A DNA stretch of 32,000 bases, taken from positions 210,001 through 242,000 of the forward strand of contig CP064992.1 in the NCBI GenBank assembly GCA_016699935.1, given 5' to 3'. Below, piece by piece: positions 17,448-28,211 of this stretch (positions within the stretch are counted from its first letter, which is position 1; the number at the start of each line of letters is the position of its first letter). The stretch is from Candidatus Saccharimonadota bacterium (GTDB lineage: Bacteria > Patescibacteriota > Saccharimonadia > Saccharimonadales > UBA4665). Made by a program: the position numbers and the translations under genes. Below the pieces are notes generated by a model. It saw only the letters and a program-made list of their open reading frames with translations, was not told the DNA's origin and made no database searches.

Positions 17448-19527
17448 CTAGAACGAGTCTTTTGAATACTTTGTGCCGTTCGAGAGTAGCGCAGTCAGCG
17501 TAAAGGTGTCGCACGAAATGCCTGCATTCTCACCACCCTCGCAGTTTGCGGGAGAAGCCGTGTAACCATACACACCCTGAGATGCCACCGCAGCCAGTTT
17601 TGCAGATGAACCTTCAGGATCGCGCAGAGCCTCAGGGTTTAATCCGATCATATTCTTTTTCAACCATCCTGCATCGTTGAGCTGAGCTATGCTCGGGTAG
17701 TTCCCCTCATTCGCATAGTAAGCCTCAAGATGTGCTTGCATCGTGCTGATGTCTGTCTGGCGCTCAACGTCTCGCCCCTTCGCTGTTATGCTACCTGACG
17801 CGGCTTGGGGCGATTGACCTTGATCGCTCGTCGGCACCGCTATGCCCATTTTATTCAAAAGTTCGGTAAACGGCACCGTTTCTGTCGGAATAGTCTGCTC
17901 CACTTTCTGTTTCAGTGGCTCCGCTTTGAACGTCATATTCAGGGCAAAGGCTGACATAAATGAAGACTCGTCATTTTTGGGCGAACTAGCGTCTAGTTTG
18001 GCAGTCGTCACACCTGTCGACGTGTTGGTATCTAGCGAGGACTTAACATCGTACGGGTTTTCTCCACCATCATGGTAGCGAACAAAGAGCGAGAGGTCGT
18101 CACCGCCTTTATACAGCTGACCGAATTCAGTGTAAACCTTGTCGTTACCCTGCTCTGCTGGCACACGCACCTGGTGAACGAGTTTGTACTTTGCGTCAAT
18201 CCACACATCAAACACATCAGTGTCCTTGACGCTCCTATCTACCGATTCTTGACAGCCTTTTTATACTGTCTTTTTTACTCTCTTCCGTCAGCTCGGTTTC
18301 AGAGGCAAGCTTTTAACCAGCGAGGTTGTAGCCATCTTCCGCACAATAACTTCACAATAGGTTTTGGCATTTTTCGTATCTATGCCAGCCTTGAAATGGT
18401 AGGCCTGTATACCATTTATCTGCTCTTTGCCAATAAACTGCTTGCGAACAATGACAGCCTTGGCCGAATCGCTGGTGAAGACGTGGTCGCGTACCGTTTC
18501 TGTAAGCACTTTTGCGGCATCTGCTACATCTGTGCTGGTAACTTTTTGCTGCTATCTTTAAGGCCATCGGATATTTCAGGATAATACTGCTGCAATGTTT
18601 TACTGTCTAGAAATATCCATTTGTTGACATAAGGGCAAGCCGCGGCTCAAAGTCGGCAACGGAAATATTTTTCAAGTCACTGACCTTTAAAGTACAGGTT
18701 TGGGAGCTGTTCGGTTTCAGTTAATCGTGTTAGATACTCAAGCTTACCACCAGCATCTGTCCCGCCTCCATCGACAGATATAGTCATGGTACCGTTCGTA
18801 TTCATACTGTCACTCGTCCCATCCCATCGCAACGCACCGGTCGTTTCACCATATTTGAGGTCGGCCGCTAAGCTCATTTTGGAGTTCTGGAATGTTTCTA
18901 TGGTTTTTTTGTCAGCCGCTTTATCCACCAGTGCCGAAAGCGCTTTACCCGAACGTCCAAGGCTATTTTTCCAGACACTTTCCGGCCTATTTGGCAGGTA
19001 GCTGCCAAATACTACGCCTCCCGCTAGAAGCACCACTGCAGCACCTGCGGCACCAAAAAGTAGTAGTTTCTTTCGTCGCGCTCCTCCATCACCAACCCCT
19101 GGACTGCTGGCTGCACCAGCAATAACCGCGGCTGCATCAAAACCACCGCTCGCAACTGGCTGAGTGACCGGACCGACCGCTTCTACAGCACCTATGGAGT
19201 TTTCCGTATCTTTCCCGAACGCGGCTGCTACGGGCGCACTGTCTGCCTGTGGACCAAACGCCGGAACTGGTACATCAGCCGGCTTATCTGGTTGTGTTAT
19301 TGTAGGTTGGTTTCCAGTTGATTCTGTCTGTGTTCCGACTGTTTCGTCTAGGGCAGCGCTGGGAGTATCGACTGTCGACACTTCGATTTGGTCATTTGTA
19401 GTGGGCGTATCTACCTCAGATGCCACCACATCAACAACTGGATCCACTGGCGCAGCGGGCGGCATATCAGGTGCGGAGAACCACCACCTACGCTTTTATT
19501 CGGTGCAAATACCTGACCTGGCTCCAT
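17448..19527 (-). pseudogene. Membrane-anchored protein with disordered N-terminus, one TM and a pseudopilin-like C-terminal domain; at least 5 frameshifts as sequenced
   Basis: ATG 19525-19527 follows an AAGGAGG RBS. The TM segment is LLLFGAAGAAVVLLAGGVVFG. Fragments 18677..19465, 18288..18509 and 17448..18215 are collinear. The C-terminus RDVERQTDISTMQAHLEAYYANEGNYPS..DP..YGYTA resembles type II secretion/type IV pilin-like globular domains. Confidence 0.5.
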
Positions 19528-19692
19528 ACCACCTCCTTAGACTGTTTATGCTTATAAAGTAAGTATACGCAAACTGCTCTGCTTTTCGAAATTTTCGGTC
19601 AGAGATGGTTCACGTGCTTCGCACCAGCCACAAAACTATTGAACATGATTGCGGTGAAAACACCAGAGAGAAATCCGGCATCCCAGGTGAAA

Positions 19693-20398
19693 CTAGCTTA
19701 TCGCCGTACCGAAAGCGCGGCCGATGGCGTAAGTTACTGCCATGGCTATAAGCCCGCCTATGAGTATGCGGCGCACGGCGGCGGCCTTGTCGGCACCACC
19801 AAACTTCGCACTGTAAAAGCCAGTGGCAAACAGCCCGAACACCACCGCAACGAGCGTGATGGGTATGCGAGTTGCATCTGGTGACAGCACTGCTGCTAAG
19901 CAACGGTACAAGCGCCCCCAACCCAAATGAAAAGAACGATGCCACGCCAGCGGTCATAGGGTTGGTCAGGTCGGCTTCGTCGAGCTTGAGCTCGGCCTCA
20001 AGGTGCGCCTTCAGCGGATCGCCCTTCGTCAGCTCCCGCGCAAATTGCTCGGCTGTTTTTCGCGACACGCCTTTCTTTTCATAAAACTCGGCAAGGTCTG
20101 CTAGCTGGCCTTCCGGGTCTTTTCTCAGCAGTTCTTTCTCTTGGGCTATAAATGCGCGCTCGGTGTCGCGCTGTGTACTTACAGAAACATACTCGCCTAG
20201 CGCCATACTGATAGCTCCGGCGATTAACCCCGCCAGTCCGGCCGTAAAGATGGCACCCTTGTTATTCGTGGCACCAGCCACGCCGAATATCAAGCCGGCT
20301 GTACTGACCACACCGTCATTGGCACCCAGCACCGCGGCGCGCAGACCGTTGAGCTTATCGTTCTGGGATAGTACTAGCTTTTTCTTAAATTCGTCCAT
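19693..20398 (-). pseudogene. VIT1/CCC1-family iron/manganese transporter; one frameshift ~19905 as sequenced
   Basis: LRAAVLGANDGVVSTAGLIFGVAGA, MALGEYVSVSTQRD and a cytosolic helical insert. The last TMs continue in the frame of ORF 19693..19926 (ITLVAVVFGLFATG..IGGLIAMAVTYAIG). Confidence 0.75.
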
Positions 20399-20445
20399 GC
20401 GGTGTTCCTGTCTGAAAATTGTAAAATGTAAATTTTAAACTGTCC

Positions 20446-20522
20446 TGGTGGGTCCTACAGGGCTCGAACCTGTGACCTCAGCAATGTGAATGCTGCGCTC
20501 TAGCCAACTGAGCTAAGAACCC
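20446..20522 (-). tRNA. tRNA-Val (anticodon CAC), CCA encoded
   Basis: The reverse complement is gggttct-ta-gctc-agttggctaga-gagc-g-cagca-ttCACat-tgctg-aggtc-acagg-ttcgagc-cctgt-aggaccc-a-cca. Confidence 0.9.
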
Positions 20523-20678
20523 TCGTCACAGACCTGCTGCGACTTCCGATACGATGAAACGAGCGTTTACTCCTTTCATCGATCTTCAGTCTCTGCAGTC
20601 TGCTCCTCTCGAAACTCCATTCAGTCGCTACGCTCCTTGGATTGGAGTTTCGGCAGACCTACGGTCTGTATAACGCAA

Positions 20679-20731
20679 GTATACGCTAGTCAGGGGAGGA
20701 TGTGGAGAGGTGCCAGAGGTGGCAGTGGCGG
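20679..20731. repeat. 53-bp direct repeat, copy 1 (promoter-like on the minus strand)
   Basis: gtatacgctagtcaggggaggatgtggagaggtgccagaggtggcagtggcgg, versus 20832-20884. The minus strand reads tccaca-N17-tatact. Confidence 0.75.
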
Positions 20732-20831
20732 GGAATGAGACAAACCTGCGGTTTTTCTCATCGGCCAGTCGGCAAAGCCGCCCCGCAAGCGGGCAAGCTG
20801 GCCTGCTCTTTTCCCCGAGCTTCAAATCGTA

Positions 20832-20884
20832 GTATACGCTAGTCAGAAGGGGATGTGGAGAGGTGCCAGAGGTGGCAGTGGCGG
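20832..20884. repeat. 53-bp direct repeat, copy 2
   Basis: gtatacgctagtcagaaggggatgtggagaggtgccagaggtggcagtggcgg. Confidence 0.75.
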
Positions 20885-21029
20885 CAGTGGTAGGCATGGG
20901 GGCGCTGGCCGTACCAGTATTCGCTGGTTGTTGCGGTTGTTTCGGCCTGTTTTTTAGTGTCGAAAGCTATCTTGTCACTGCATGCTAATTTAACTTCATA
21001 TGTCTCTTGCATATCTGTCCCGCTTCACT

Positions 21030-22737
21030 TCATTCATCATTCTTGATTCTGAATTCTGAATTCTCAATTCTCAATTCCTCATTCTGCATTCCCCGTTCCT
21101 CATTCCTCCCCAGAGTATGCTTAGCGCATTCCACCAAAGCAGCTTCGTGTGCAGCCAAATGAATCGTTCCAGTTTGGTCGATGCCAGGCGGTTTGGAAGG
21201 GTGAGTGCTGGCCAAAACACGCCCGCCATGTGGCAATGGAAACGTTGCGGGTTTACGCGAAAAGTTGCCGGCAACAAAGACGTGCTGATTGTCTAGCCTG
21301 CGACCAAAAGCAAAGACCTGCTGGTCAGCTTCACCGCTGACCGACTCGTAATCGCCATGTCGAAGTATATCAAGGCCGCTTCTCAGGGCGAGCAACTGGC
21401 GATACAGGGCCAAATACGAATCATCGTCGCCTTGTTCGGCCGCTACATTGCACTCATCTGCTCCCTCGGCTATCGGCAACCAAGGTTTTACCGTGGTAAA
21501 ACCAGCTGTTTTAGTTCCGTCCCACTGCATCGGCGTACGCTCTGGGTCACGACCCTCGTTTAGCTCGGGTTTACGCAGCTGTACCGGATCTTGCGCCTCC
21601 TCGGGGGGGATAAATCCATTTGTCATGCCAAGCTCGTCACCGTAGTAAATAACCGGTAAACCTGGCAGACAAAGTTGGGTAAATGCCACGACGCGAGCTT
21701 GAGCTTTACCAGTGCGAGAAGCCAAACGATGCTGATCGTGATTGCCAAAACAATAGACCGGTGTGTGTTCTTCTTGGTTCAAAAAGCCCTGAAATTCAGT
21801 CACAAAATTGCGGTAGGCATCGGCCGTAAATGGTAGACCTATCCCTTCGAAGTTAAAAGGCATACTTACGCGCGGGTTCACGCCGTAAAAACCTAGGTAC
21901 TGATCGCGGGTGGTGTAGGCTTCGTCTGGGTAATCTTCGAAAATCATGATGCGGTTTTCGTATTCTGCCACTACATCTGTCAACTCACGCAAATAGTCAA
22001 ACAAATGTGGCCCAAAACGGCTGCAAACGTGTAGATACCCCCAGTATGGATCATCCGGTTTTTGGTCGGTGTATTTGGGTTTATGGGTCATCATGCAAGT
22101 CCGGATCTTTCGAAATCCAGCGAACGGCATCAGCCCTCATACCATCAACACCTAGTTCGAACCAAAACCGCAAAACATTTTGCATTTCACGGCGCAAGGC
22201 TGGATTATCCCAATTCAGATCGGGCTGTTCTTTCAGAAACGTATGCAGATAGTACTGCCCAGTCGTGTCATCCCACTCCCAGGCCGAACCACCGAATATA
22301 CTCAGCCAATTGTTGGGTGGCGAGCCATCGGGCTTGGCATCGCGCCAAACATAATAATCTCGCATCGGATTATCTGGCGACTGTCTTGCGGCCAAAAACC
22401 ACGGGTGCTCACTAGATGAATGGTTAGGCACAAAATCTATCATGACTTTTATGTCTCTAGAATGTGCGACCTCTAGCAACTCTTTGAAATCATCGAGCGA
22501 ACCAAATAGCGGGTCGATATCGCAGTAGTCGCTGACATCGTAGCCAAAGTCCGCCATGGGGCTTGGGAAAAACGGCGAAAACCACACCGCATCCACACCC
22601 AGTGAATCGACTTCGTTCTTCAAATACGGCAGCCTCTGAATGATTCCCTTGAGGTCACCTACCCCATCGCCATTGCTATCCTGAAAACTCCGCGGATATA
22701 TCTGATAGATAGCATTGACGTCTTTCCAGGTTTTCAT
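21030..22737 (-). pseudogene. GH13 alpha-glucosidase (oligo-1,6-glucosidase/trehalose-6-P hydrolase-like); one frameshift ~22080-22130 as sequenced
   Basis: IYQIYPRSFQDSNGDGVGDLKGI, DFVPNHSS, GVDGMRADAV, MIFEDY, FGNHDQHR and YYGDELGM appear in GH13 order. ORFs 22081..22737 and 21030..22130 overlap. The last ~26 codons are encoded by a heptamer array. Confidence 0.8.
21032..21108. repeat. Tandem array of 11 degenerate heptamers
   Basis: Plus-strand units: attcatc attcttg attctga attctga attctca attctca attcctc attctgc attcccc gttcctc attcctc. Confidence 0.85.
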
Positions 22738-23195
22738 ATTCGTTCCTGCTTATGCATTTGCCCTCCATTATACCCTAGCCGTATAATCAGTCTATACCTC
22801 GACTCAAGACCTCCCCGCAAAATAACTCCGTAGTCCATAACGTGCCCTTTTTGTCCCAAATAGAGCAATAACCTTCGCATCGTAACAGCGGTTACGATTT
22901 GTCGGCTATTGCCAATTTGAAACAAAAATCATCACGTTCTGGGTATACGGATTATTCTGCAAGAGGTCTTAAGTCATTACTCCAGTATTTCAACCGCATC
23001 TGCATCCGGGTTCATGTAAACAATAACTACTTTGTGGCCGCAACAGAGTCGTCACCGATATCGCATCTTGGAATATTTCGGATCGTCCAGTGTATAACAG
23101 ATATCTCCGCAAGGCTCATTTGTTAGACGATATTTTGTGAGTGACGGCTCGACACAACTATAGCAAAAGCGCTATACTCGTGCTATCGTAACACA

Positions 23196-24293
23196 GTGAC
23201 AAAAGCAGCAAAACTACTTCTCGCCAGCCAGCTTGTGCTGGCAGTTGCACTCGTAATTTGTACCATTATATTGCCAAAATTTTTGTTCAGCACGGATCAG
23301 GGCGGTGTGAGTAACTACGGGGTAAATGCGGAAACACTCTGGCCGTTTAGTATCTCATATACATGTTTGGGCGATTGATGCCATACCAGAGGCCGTCCCA
23401 CCTATGACCGGCGGTCACAGCCCCACTTCACCAGTTTTATATTCGACGTCTATAATGCCTACGGACTCAGAGGCATGGCTTAAGAAGGCAATGTCAGTTA
23501 CGAAGAAGAATACGTGTTGTTTGGTGCGGCACAAAAAAGCCAAATGAACGTCTTGTCTACAAAAACCTGAGTCGTTACTGCCGATATCAACCACCTGCAC
23601 GACCTCGCCGAGCCGAAGTGGCTGGGACATGACACCACGCTTCAATCGCAAGGCTCTTCATTATCTTCTAGCTTATTACTTTGCTATATAAATACGGCTG
23701 ACTTGCCCGAGCAGAACGGCTCCTTGGCAACGAACAAGCGGCTAAAAATGGCTTGAATCAGCTGAAAGCCGAAAAAACCATGAATGACACATGTGGGATC
23801 AAAGCGGTCTGTACTATGACTACGACTACAAGAAACAGAGGCGCGGCAATATCAGTAGCCTTGCGGCGTATTACCCCATGTGGGCTGGAATGGTAAACGA
23901 AAACGAGCCGCTACTCTGGTGAAGTCTCTGCGGCGCTTGAAAAATAAGGGCGGGCTGGCAACCACCGACGCACTTCCACTCGGTCAGTTCGTACCAGGAA
24001 GCGTGCCGGTGCAATGGGCGTTCCCCAACGGCTGGGCACCGCTACATTTCATCGTGGTCGAAGGCTTGCTCAAATACGGTACCGCGAAGATGCCGAACGA
24101 ATCGCCACGAAATTAGCCGTATAAATCTTGACTGGTTCAATGAACACGGCGTGTTTCTGGAAAATACAATGAGATTATTAGCCCTGACAAACCGCTCCAA
24201 AAAGGTGTCTACCCAAGTCAAACTGGGTTCGGCTGGACCAATGCTGTTTTTGAACGGTTCTGCAAAGAGTTCATCGATACAAAGCCGGTCTAA
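23196..24293 (+). pseudogene. Trehalase-family (GH37-like) glycosidase with N-terminal TM/signal; at least 6 frameshifts/stops as sequenced
   Basis: Conserved blocks appear in order across frames: RSQPHF..FIFDVY; SYEEEYVLF; HLHDLAE|SGWDMTPRF; LLYKY..LARAERLLGNEQAAK; HMWDQSGLYYDYDYKK; GGLATT; QWAFPNGWAPLHFIVVEGLLKYG (trehalase signature QWD.PNGWAP); TGFGWTNAVFERF. Stop at 24291-24293. Confidence 0.6.
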
Positions 24294-24337
24294 CGGCACC
24301 AGCAAGTATACATTGCTTCGTATTGTTATATCGACCT

Positions 24338-24886
24338 CTAGTAGCTACTGTTTTTGCGTTGCCACCACCCAGTCGACGGGGTTGCTTGGATTATCTTGGT
24401 TGTACAGTACCTGGTGCAGGATACCATGACTGCTTTTGCCTGGTCTAGCTCATACCGATACGCGAAATACAGTGAGGTGAGGCGCGTCCGGCCCGCTGTT
24501 TGTGCGGGGTTGATTATCACGCCTGTTTGTGGAAACAACCCTCGACGTTCACCGTACATAACCCGCGGGTCGAGCATAATCATCATGGCTGCCGTGCGCT
24601 GACATTTATCATCGTGATCTGCGTGTGCGTGCGGTTCGCCGTCATCGTGCTGATGGTACCCGCTAAGTGCCAAGATTCGTCGGCGTAGTCGTCTTCCAGG
24701 CTAAGTGGCTGATGAGTAGCAGCAAGATGCTCCTGTCAGGCGGTCTTTACCAGCTTCGATATTTGTCAGAAATTTTCTTCGATTTCCACTGCGCCACTTC
24801 AGCAACGCTTTCACGGTGCGTCTCACGAAGCAGGCGAGTTTCTTGCCGAGTAAACTGTATGGTGCCGAAGTATCTTTCTGTGCCAT
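24338..24886 (-). pseudogene. XRE-type HTH protein with His/Asp-rich region; several frameshifts, product uncertain
   Basis: Across frames the sequence reads SLLGKKLA | LRETHRESVAEVA | FLTNIEAGKDR (HTH_XRE-like order), then GYHQHDDGEPHAHADHDDK..RTAAMMIMLDPRVM. The ORF pieces are 24701..24886, 24747..24962 and 24338..24673. Confidence 0.3.
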
Positions 24887-24949
24887 AGGGTTCTATTTTA
24901 TCTCTGTTAGCCCACAATACGCAAGCCCTGAGATGGGTGTTTACTGGGG

Positions 24950-25962
24950 TTGTGCTCAACATTACAGAACATGTTTCGCTGGCTAGCTACCCACGATGCG
25001 GCTTGGTGGTGTGCGGACTATCTCACCGAGATTCATTCTCGTGATGACCTGAAAGAGGCGATTTCCTGGGCAGCGAAAACAGCTCCAATACTCGCGATAG
25101 GTGGCGGCGGTAATATCGTCTGGCGGGATGAGGGTTTCAGGCTCATTATGATAAACCGGATTTTGGCTACGAGATTACGTCTCCTCGACGGCCACTTTAT
25201 AACCAGTTGGTGCCGGCGAAATCTGGAGGACACTGTGGTCGGCAGGAACAGTTGCTGCTGGGCTTACCGGCGTGGCGCTCGATGCTCAGCATACCTGGCA
25301 CTGTCGGTTGCAACCCCAGTACAAAACGTCAGCTGCCTGCGGCCAGGACATCGCTCAGACGCTCACTGGCGTGAGGTATTTGACCGCACAACGGGGCAGC
25401 TGACTACTGTGCCAACAGAAGCCTGCGGGTTCTCGTACCGCACAGCAAGTTTCAGGACGAATACCGCGGACGCTTTTTCATTACCGCCATTACGCTGCAT
25501 CTTGCGGCCGGCACCTTTCCGGCCCTACTACAGCGCCCGTGAAAAATACCTCGCCGAACACCCAGTCGACGGGCCGGTCACTCCGCGAGTCGTTCGCGAT
25601 GCCGTCATCGCCATCAGGAATGCCAAGCTTCCCGACCCAACAGTTATCGCCAACACTGGATCATTTTGCAAACCCCATCGTAGACAGCAAAACGTTCATG
25701 CGGCTTATGGTACCTACCACTATGCCGAATTAGCGAAGACGGTGGTGCTCAAAATCCCGCCGCCTGGCTCATCGAACAGGCTGGCTATAAAGACGTACAC
25801 GATAATAAAACCAGGATGGCCACCTGGCCAACTCAGCACTCGTGTCGTCAGCGAACATGCCGCAAATCCACCGCCGACCTGCTAAAATTCCGCGATGAAA
25901 TCACCCAGGCGGTCCAATCTCTTCGGCATTACCTCGTCCAAGAACCCGAACTACTGCCTTGA
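24950..25962 (+). pseudogene. murB: UDP-N-acetylenolpyruvoylglucosamine reductase; at least 6 frameshifts as sequenced
   Basis: Across frames the blocks follow MurB order: LNITEHVSLASY|TTMRLGGVADYLTEI; PILAIGGGGNIVWRDEGF; SIPGTVG|ATPVQNVS; VFDRTTGQLTTVPTEACGFSYRT; AIRNAKLPDPTVIANTGSF; AAWLIEQAGYKD; ADLLKFRDEITQAV. Stop at 25960-25962. Confidence 0.75.
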
Positions 25963-26077
25963 CTTGCAGAGTGGTGACAAGAAAGGGGTAGTATATAGGC
26001 AGTACGGAGTGAACGTAAAGGACAGATTATGGTAGGGCTGTCCGTTTGACGTTTTACTCCCGGAGGATTCTAGATAC

Positions 26078-27536
26078 ATGGTTGTTCACCAGTCAGATAT
26101 GCGTCCGAAAGAAAAATGTGCCGTATTCGGGGTATTTGGAGCGAGCCATGCAGTAGAAGCGGCTCGTTTGTCTTTTTATGGCCTATGCGCTTTGCAGCAC
26201 CGTGGACAGGAAAGCTCCGGGATTGCCAGTAGCGACGGCAAAAAACTATATCGTCACAGCGAAGCCGGCTTAGTAGCTACTGTTTTCCGCGAAACAGATC
26301 TAGCAAACTTACCTGGCTATATCGCCATCGGCCATAACCGATACTCGACATCTGGTGGCCAAGACGGCTGCTTCAACCAACCTTTCATCGATACCGAACG
26401 TGGTTTTGCCTTTGCTCACAATGGCAATATACCGGACTGTGGCGAGCTTGAATCATTTCTCAGTAGCCGAAACGTATCGACTGACGAGCTTAACGATTCG
26501 GGCATGATGGCGGCAGCAATTGGGCTCAAGCTCGACGATGGTCTGTCATTGCCAGACGCCATAGCTGCTTGCTATCCACTTTTCACTGGTGTTTTTTCCG
26601 CTGTTGCCATGTCCAAAGATTGTCTCGTCGCCTTCCGTGACAAACATGGCATACGCCCGCTTTCGTTAGGTCAGCTCGAAGATGGTAGTTATGTCGCAGC
26701 TAGCGAAACATGCGCCCTCGACACCATTGCCGCGGCGCACATCCGAGAAATCAAACCAGGTGAAATGATAGCTATCGACAAAACTGGGATGCACGAAACT
26801 CAAGTAGTACCGGGTGAACAAAAGCTCGATATTTTCGAGTTTGTTTATTTCGCACGACCAGATAGCATCATACTTGGGCAAACCGTCAATGATGTCCGCA
26901 TGCAATTCGGCCGCGAAATGGCCGAAGAATGTCCAATAAACGCCGATGTTGTCATACCAGTACCTGACTCTGCTATACCAGCGGCTCTGGGCTACGCCGA
27001 AGCTAGTGGCATACCTTTCGAAATGAACCTTATCAAAACCGCTATATCCACCGAACCTTCATTCGCCCCACGGCCGAGCTACGAGAAAACGACCTTAAAT
27101 GAAGTTGAGATCCGCTCGTCAGCGCCATCCAGGGACGGCGTGTCGTACTTGTCGATGACTCGATTGTACGCGGCACTACCATGCGTAAAACTGTTTCTAT
27201 GCTGCGAGAGGCAGGGGCGACCGAAGTACACTTGATGATCAGCTCGCCGCCAGTGCTCTACCCAGATTTTATGGCATAAATACCCCAAACAATCCGAGCT
27301 AATCGCAACCGGCATGACTGTAGCAGAAATCAATGATTATGTCGGGTCTGACACGCTTCATTTTCTGTCATACGACGGTATGGTCTGCCCGACCACATTA
27401 CCAGAATCAGTTTTTCGGCATCTTGCTTTAACGGCGTTTACCTGACCCCATCGGCCAGCGCGCCAAAGATATTTCACACATCAATCTCGAAGATGTCCTA
27501 GTGAGTAAAAATATAATCACCCCTATACCAGCATGA
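26078..27536 (+). pseudogene. purF: Amidophosphoribosyltransferase; at least 5 frameshifts in the 3' third as sequenced
   Basis: KCAVFGVFG, ALQHRGQESSGIA and IGHNRYSTSG. In other frames: [60 protein letters not shown] and SCFNGVY. The reconstructed stop TGA 27534-27536 overlaps the purN ATG (ATGA). Confidence 0.85.
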
Positions 27537-28189
27537 GACCTTACCGAATAGCTAGACTTGCATCTGGCAGTGGCAGCACCGCCGAAGCGTTTATCCGTAG
27601 CGTACAGGCAAATGCCATGCCTATCGAAATACCATTAGTAATTAGTAACAACAAAGATGCCTATATCCTGGAGCGCGTTAAAAATCTAAATGATGAACTT
27701 GGCCTTGTCATTCAAACTGCCATCATAAACTCTCGCACACAGTCCTCAGACGAAAAAATAGTTCATGGTCAACAGACCGAAGCTGAGCAAGATGCGATAC
27801 TCGATATGCTACAAACAAACGACATCGATCTTGTGCTGTTACTGGGCTACGTGAAGCTTGTCGGTCCTAAGCTGATTGCTGCTTATGGTTGGAGGCCCGA
27901 ATATACTAGTGTATACCAGTCACATATGCTCAATACTCACCCCGGTCTTTTACCAAAGTCCATCGGGACACACGGTCTCGGCACCCAACAGTTTGTGCTA
28001 GACAATAAACAACGCGAAGCCGGTCAGACACTACATGTAGTCAGTGCGGAGTACGACAAGGGCCCGATCATAGCCGAAAACCGAGTGCCGGTCAAAATGG
28101 ATGACACGGCTGAGTCACTTTTCGCTCGCGTGCAGGCGACCGAAAAAGCGCACATTGCGGCTGATGTAATGTCTTTTCTAGAAGCTTAA
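27533..28189 (+). CDS. purN: Phosphoribosylglycinamide formyltransferase
   Basis: RLASGSGSTAEAFI, VISNNKDAYILERV, LNTHPGLLP and HVVSAEYDKGPIIAENRVPV..DTAESLFARV are typical formyltransferase blocks. The ORF is intact. Confidence 0.8.
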   Translation: MRPYRIARLASGSGSTAEAFIRSVQANAMPIEIPLVISNNKDAYILERVKNLNDELGLVIQTAIINSRTQSSDEKIVHGQQTEAEQDAILDMLQTNDIDLVLLLGYVKLVGPKLIAAYGWRPEYTSVYQSHMLNTHPGLLPKSIGTHGLGTQQFVLDNKQREAGQTLHVVSAEYDKGPIIAENRVPVKMDDTAESLFARVQATEKAHIAADVMSFLEA

Positions 28190-28211
28190 GCAAATTATAA
28201 AAAGGAGGGTC

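Noticed and set aside
22790-23130. Minus-strand remnants that could be a small glutaredoxin/NrdH-like protein (VVIVYMNPGC.., ..GQKGHVMDYG) or a KH-domain protein.
   Set aside because: The similarity rests on a few residues and needs several arbitrary frame changes. There is no CxxC in any single frame. It is left unannotated.
23415-23651. The minus-strand ORF (78 aa) looked like the PRC-barrel C-terminal domain of RimM (RLGEVVQVVDIGSND..IIDVEYKTGE).
   Set aside because: The opposite strand carries ordered trehalase blocks (RSQPHF, SGWDMTPRF, LLYKY..LARAERLLG) running through the same coordinates. No RimM N-terminal domain could be found upstream. I treat it as an antisense artefact.
23700-23780. 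A deletion scar that would have removed the 5' ends of two divergent genes (RimM and trehalase).
   Set aside because: The idea depended on the RimM call. Once the trehalase blocks were traced upstream to ~23400, the region became a single continuous, though frameshifted, gene.
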